NCBI GenBank assembly: GCA_043810925.1
Contig: JBDRNT010000048.1
Coordinates: forward strand, 1 to 30,061
DNA: 30,061 nt
Direction: 5' to 3'
From: Candidatus Eiseniibacteriota bacterium
GTDB lineage: Bacteria; Arandabacterota; Arandabacteria; Arandabacterales; Arandabacteraceae
A model generated the notes under the pieces. The model was not told the origin of the DNA, searched no databases, and worked only from the letters and a program-made list of their open reading frames with translations. A program made the translations under genes and the position numbers. Positions 26,622 through 30,061 of the stretch are shown piece by piece (the first letter of the stretch is position 1; every line of letters begins with the position of its first letter).

Positions 26622-29132
26622 ATGAAGAACCACAAGGCAGTAGGCAGGTGGATACGGTGGTTTGAAGACGTCGGGATCGAAGATGTTCCACTGGTGGGAG
26701 GCAAAAACGCATCACTCGGCGAGATGATCCGCGAGCTCGGCAGCATGGGAATCAGCATCCCCGGCGGGTTTGCTATAACATCGGATGCCTACTGGTATCT
26801 TCTCGATAGCGCCGGTATCCGGGATCAAATAAAGACCATTCTCTCCGACCTGGATACCTCAGATATGAGCAACCTCAGAAAGCGCGGACGGAAGATAAGG
26901 AATCTCATAAGGAGAGCCGATTTCCCTGAGGATCTGCGTACCGAGATAGCGGGCGCATACAAAGAGATGTGTGAACAGTACGGGCGCACAACGGATGTCG
27001 CGGTCCGATCCAGCGCAACAGCCGAGGATGCACCGGACGCGTCATTTGCCGGCCAACAACAGACATTTCTGAATGTAACCGGTGAAGATGAAGTTCTCGA
27101 TGCTTGCTCAATGTGCTTTGCAAGTCTCTTCACGGACAGAGCGATCTCATACAGGCATGACACGGGTTATGACCAGCTCGATGTCTCACTTTCGATAGGT
27201 GTGCAGAAAATGGTCAGGAGTGACTCGGCCTCAGCCGGCGTGATGTTCACGCTTGATACTGAATCGGGTTTCAGCGATGTCGTACTTGTCTCGGCTGCAT
27301 ACGGGCTCGGTGAGAACGTGGTGCAGGGGACGGTGGACCCCGATGAGTACTACGTGTTTAAGCCTACTATGAAGGCGGGCAAGAGAGCCATCATACGTAA
27401 ACACCTCGGGTCCAAGTCACAGAAGATGATCTATTCCCACAGGGACGAGGCCACAACGCGAAACGTCAGTGTGCCGAAGGTGAAGCGTGGCCGGTACGTC
27501 CTAAGTGATGATGAGATCCTCAAGCTCTCAAGATGGGCATGCATAATCGAGGATCACTACTCCGCCAAAAGCAAACGCTATGTCCCCATGGACATCGAAT
27601 GGGCAAAAGACGGTGACGGCAAGGAGGTGGGCAGCGGTGAGTTGTTCGTAGTACAGGCGAGACCTGAAACCGTTCATTCGCGCAGAGACATGGATGTGTA
27701 CGAGACTTATGTTCTCAAGGAAAAGGGCAATGTGCTGGTGTCCGGCAGGGCGATCGGCCAGAAGGTCGGTCAGGGTGTCGCCAAGTACATAACGAGCGCA
27801 GAGCGGATAGCAAAATTCAATAAGGGGGAAGTGCTCGTCACCAAGATGACGGACCCCGACTGGGAACCCATAATGAAAATAGCTGCAGCGATTGTGACGG
27901 ACAGGGGCGGGCGTACCTGCCATGCCGCCATCGTGAGCCGGGAGATGGGTATCCCATGCATCACGGGCACAGAGAACGCAACCGACAGAATAAAGATGGG
28001 CCAGCCGGTGACCGTCGCATGCTGTGAGGGACTGACCGGATACGTCTACGACGGGCTTCTCAAGTACGATATAAAGAAGGTGCAGGTAAGCGAGGTCCCT
28101 GAGACCAGAACCAAGATAATGCTCAATGTCGGTCTTCCGGAGAAGGCATTCACCTATGCGTACCTGCCATGTGCCGGGGTCGGACTCGCGAGACTCGAGT
28201 TCATCATAAACTCCTACATAGGTATACATCCGCTCGCACTGCTTGATTACGATAATCTCAAGGAGCGTGCGGTCAACGGATCCGAGACCGCACGGATCGT
28301 CAAGAAGATCGACCAGATAACATCTGCCGAGCCCGACAAGGCCAAGTTCTTCATCGATTCGCTTGCCAGAGGTATTTCGCGCATAGCCGCTGCGTTCTAT
28401 CCCAGGGAGGTCATCGTCAGGTTGTCGGATTTCAAATCGAATGAATACTCGAACCTGGTCGGCGGCCACCTGTATGAACCGGTCGAGAGCAATCCCATGA
28501 TCGGCTGGCGAGGCGCTTCCAGATACTACAGCGAGAAATTCAAGCCCGCCTTTGAGCTCGAATGCAAAGCGCTGCACAAGGCCAGAGGAGAATTCGGACT
28601 GACGAACATAAAGATCATGATACCTTTCTGCCGGACACCCGAGGAGGGCAAGAAGGTCATCGAACTGATGAGCGCATCAGGGCTCAGGCAGGGCGAGGAC
28701 GGTCTTGAGATCTACATGATGGTTGAAATACCAAGCAATGTGATGCTGGCGGACGAATTCGCCGAACTGTTCGACGGTTTCAGCATAGGAAGCAACGATC
28801 TGACTCAATTGACGCTTGGGCTCGACAGGGACTCCGAGCTGGTCGCACACATATACAGCGAGCGGAACCCTGCAGTCAAGCGTATGATCAGGTATGTGAT
28901 AGACGTCGGTCATCAGCATGGTGTGAAGGTCGGTATATGCGGACAGGCCCCTTCGGATTTCCCGGACTTCGCGGCCTTCCTGGTCGGATGCGGCATAGAC
29001 AGCATATCTTTAAACCCAGATACGGCCGTCAAGACCACACTTGAGATCAGCAAGCGGGAGGCGTCCCTCGAGACCGCACCCATGTGGCAGAGCAAATCCT
29101 CACCTGACCAAGACGACCTTGCTCATCACTGA
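26622..29132 (+). CDS. ppsA: Phosphoenolpyruvate synthase (pyruvate,water dikinase)
   Basis: VGGKNASLGEM, VAVRSSATAED, DIEWAKDG, QARPETV, phospho-His GGRTCHAAI, GWRGASRY, FSIGSNDLTQ, GICGQAPSD; GGAGG RBS before ATG 26622. Confidence 0.97.
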   Translation: MKNHKAVGRWIRWFEDVGIEDVPLVGGKNASLGEMIRELGSMGISIPGGFAITSDAYWYLLDSAGIRDQIKTILSDLDTSDMSNLRKRGRKIRNLIRRADFPEDLRTEIAGAYKEMCEQYGRTTDVAVRSSATAEDAPDASFAGQQQTFLNVTGEDEVLDACSMCFASLFTDRAISYRHDTGYDQLDVSLSIGVQKMVRSDSASAGVMFTLDTESGFSDVVLVSAAYGLGENVVQGTVDPDEYYVFKPTMKAGKRAIIRKHLGSKSQKMIYSHRDEATTRNVSVPKVKRGRYVLSDDEILKLSRWACIIEDHYSAKSKRYVPMDIEWAKDGDGKEVGSGELFVVQARPETVHSRRDMDVYETYVLKEKGNVLVSGRAIGQKVGQGVAKYITSAERIAKFNKGEVLVTKMTDPDWEPIMKIAAAIVTDRGGRTCHAAIVSREMGIPCITGTENATDRIKMGQPVTVACCEGLTGYVYDGLLKYDIKKVQVSEVPETRTKIMLNVGLPEKAFTYAYLPCAGVGLARLEFIINSYIGIHPLALLDYDNLKERAVNGSETARIVKKIDQITSAEPDKAKFFIDSLARGISRIAAAFYPREVIVRLSDFKSNEYSNLVGGHLYEPVESNPMIGWRGASRYYSEKFKPAFELECKALHKARGEFGLTNIKIMIPFCRTPEEGKKVIELMSASGLRQGEDGLEIYMMVEIPSNVMLADEFAELFDGFSIGSNDLTQLTLGLDRDSELVAHIYSERNPAVKRMIRYVIDVGHQHGVKVGICGQAPSDFPDFAAFLVGCGIDSISLNPDTAVKTTLEISKREASLETAPMWQSKSSPDQDDLAHH

Positions 29133-29819
29133 CGTGCCGGGGGCATCAAGACGGCAGAAGTAGATCCCCGGGGACGAGGGTTCTCCAGACGAGTCCAGAC
29201 CGTCCCAGTGAGCTGAGTGGACACCCATAGGTTTTTCGCCATCGGTGAGATAACAAACAAGCCTGCCGTTTACCGAGTAGATCCTGAGTGACACATGGCA
29301 GGATCGCGGCAGGTGATACAAAATCTCGGTACCCGCCTCGAATGGATTCGGACGGGCCGAAAGCGAACTGGGGCCTTCCAGTCCGCAAGCCGGTGCGCTC
29401 ACATGTGATGCGCCAGCAACAGCCATGCTGTCCTCGATGATCTCGAAGTATCTGACCGAGCAGCCAGGAGAGTAAGCGAACGAGAGTTCACCTTCACCAC
29501 CAGTCATACAGCTGTCTATCGTAGTCGCGTCTACGCGAATTGCGCAGTATGAATCCGGTATGAGGCCGCCCACTGTGTGCTCGACCAAGGTGCTGCAGCC
29601 CTCGGTGACTTCCCACCAGCTCTTATAGTGAGTTCCCGCAGTGTCCCATGCATCGACGGTGGTCTCAACCCAGGCGGATGAAGGCAGGAGAGACAGCGCG
29701 ACCTGCCGACTCTCGTTCTCGGAGCACACATCTATACTGAGGTGTTCACTGTCATCATCGAACATTCTTGTTCGGCCTGGCAAGAATGCTTTGCTCGATC
29801 CGCTGATGCGGGCAGTCAC
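29100..29819 (-). CDS. FlgD-Ig/T9SS-CTD-like domain protein, probably 5'-incomplete
   Basis: ARPNPF...T.I.Y.LP....V.L.IY...GRLV..L.......G.H...WDG.D..G....PG.YF.RL. No signal peptide; the frame stays open up to 29984 with no upstream start codon. Confidence 0.7.
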   Translation of the reverse strand: MTARISGSSKAFLPGRTRMFDDDSEHLSIDVCSENESRQVALSLLPSSAWVETTVDAWDTAGTHYKSWWEVTEGCSTLVEHTVGGLIPDSYCAIRVDATTIDSCMTGGEGELSFAYSPGCSVRYFEIIEDSMAVAGASHVSAPACGLEGPSSLSARPNPFEAGTEILYHLPRSCHVSLRIYSVNGRLVCYLTDGEKPMGVHSAHWDGLDSSGEPSSPGIYFCRLDAPGTSVMSKVVLVR

Positions 29820-30029
29820 CTCGAATTCACCAGTGAGTTCGAGGTTGAGGAAACCATCAACACACCCTGCACCCTCGACAACACCACTTGGATCGATATA
29901 TGTGATGTGGGGTCGGCCATGAGAGTGTCCTATCCTTAGTGGGGAATTGAAAGCGGCCCCCTGGATCTGGTAATGGTTACGGTATTAGCCGAGACCTTTT
30001 GCCAAGTTCCAGACGAAAGGAGGCCGCTG

Positions 30030-30061
30030 ATGTCGAGAGTACTACGGGTTGTTGGGAAGCG
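30030..30061 (+). CDS. Probable start of a gene running off the right edge (MSRVLRVVGK...)
   Basis: Strong RBS AAAGGAGG (30016-30023) 6 nt before ATG 30030; only 10 codons visible. Confidence 0.45.
   Translation, partial: MSRVLRVVGK

Noticed and set aside
27528-28577. 349-aa antisense ORF within ppsA, and other long shadow ORFs (e.g. 6029-6727, 11690-12355, 18539-19192)
   Set aside because: They lie wholly opposite well-supported genes and have no recognisable motifs, which is typical of GC-rich codon bias.
1-30061. CRISPR arrays, tRNA/rRNA/tmRNA, reverse transcriptase or defence systems
   Set aside because: No regularly spaced repeats, cloverleaf/T-loop signatures or RT/nuclease motifs were found by eye.

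Overview
Bacterial chromosomal window, moderately GC-rich. FlgD-Ig/'PNPF' C-terminal domains and a kinase-TolB-like-TPR fusion suggest an FCB-related candidate phylum (inference only). In order: the right end of an IS630-family element; zntB (-); a tamB-tamA-like pair (-); a decayed large serine recombinase (+); a sulfatase-like lipoprotein; a TPR-DUF2271 protein, prolyl oligopeptidase and Ser/Thr kinase cluster (+); a CGTC/TGTC-type REP palindrome; a SAM methyltransferase and a parvulin foldase lipoprotein (-); a three-gene secreted-protein operon (-) encoding a phage-fibre-like protein, an FN3-repeat/FlgD protein and a TPR lipoprotein; a second methyltransferase; a ferritin-like, glutaredoxin and FTR-catalytic-subunit operon; ppsA; a probably 5'-incomplete FlgD-domain gene (-); and the start of a + strand gene at the right edge. 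No tRNA, rRNA or CRISPR array was seen. The best candidate for an undescribed system is the 19295-24329 operon: a signal-peptide-bearing fibre with no anchor of its own, next to a partner that has a short N-terminal 'GGGG...GQ...GFW' module and a sorting-type C-terminal domain. All family assignments come from motif recognition by eye, not database searches.
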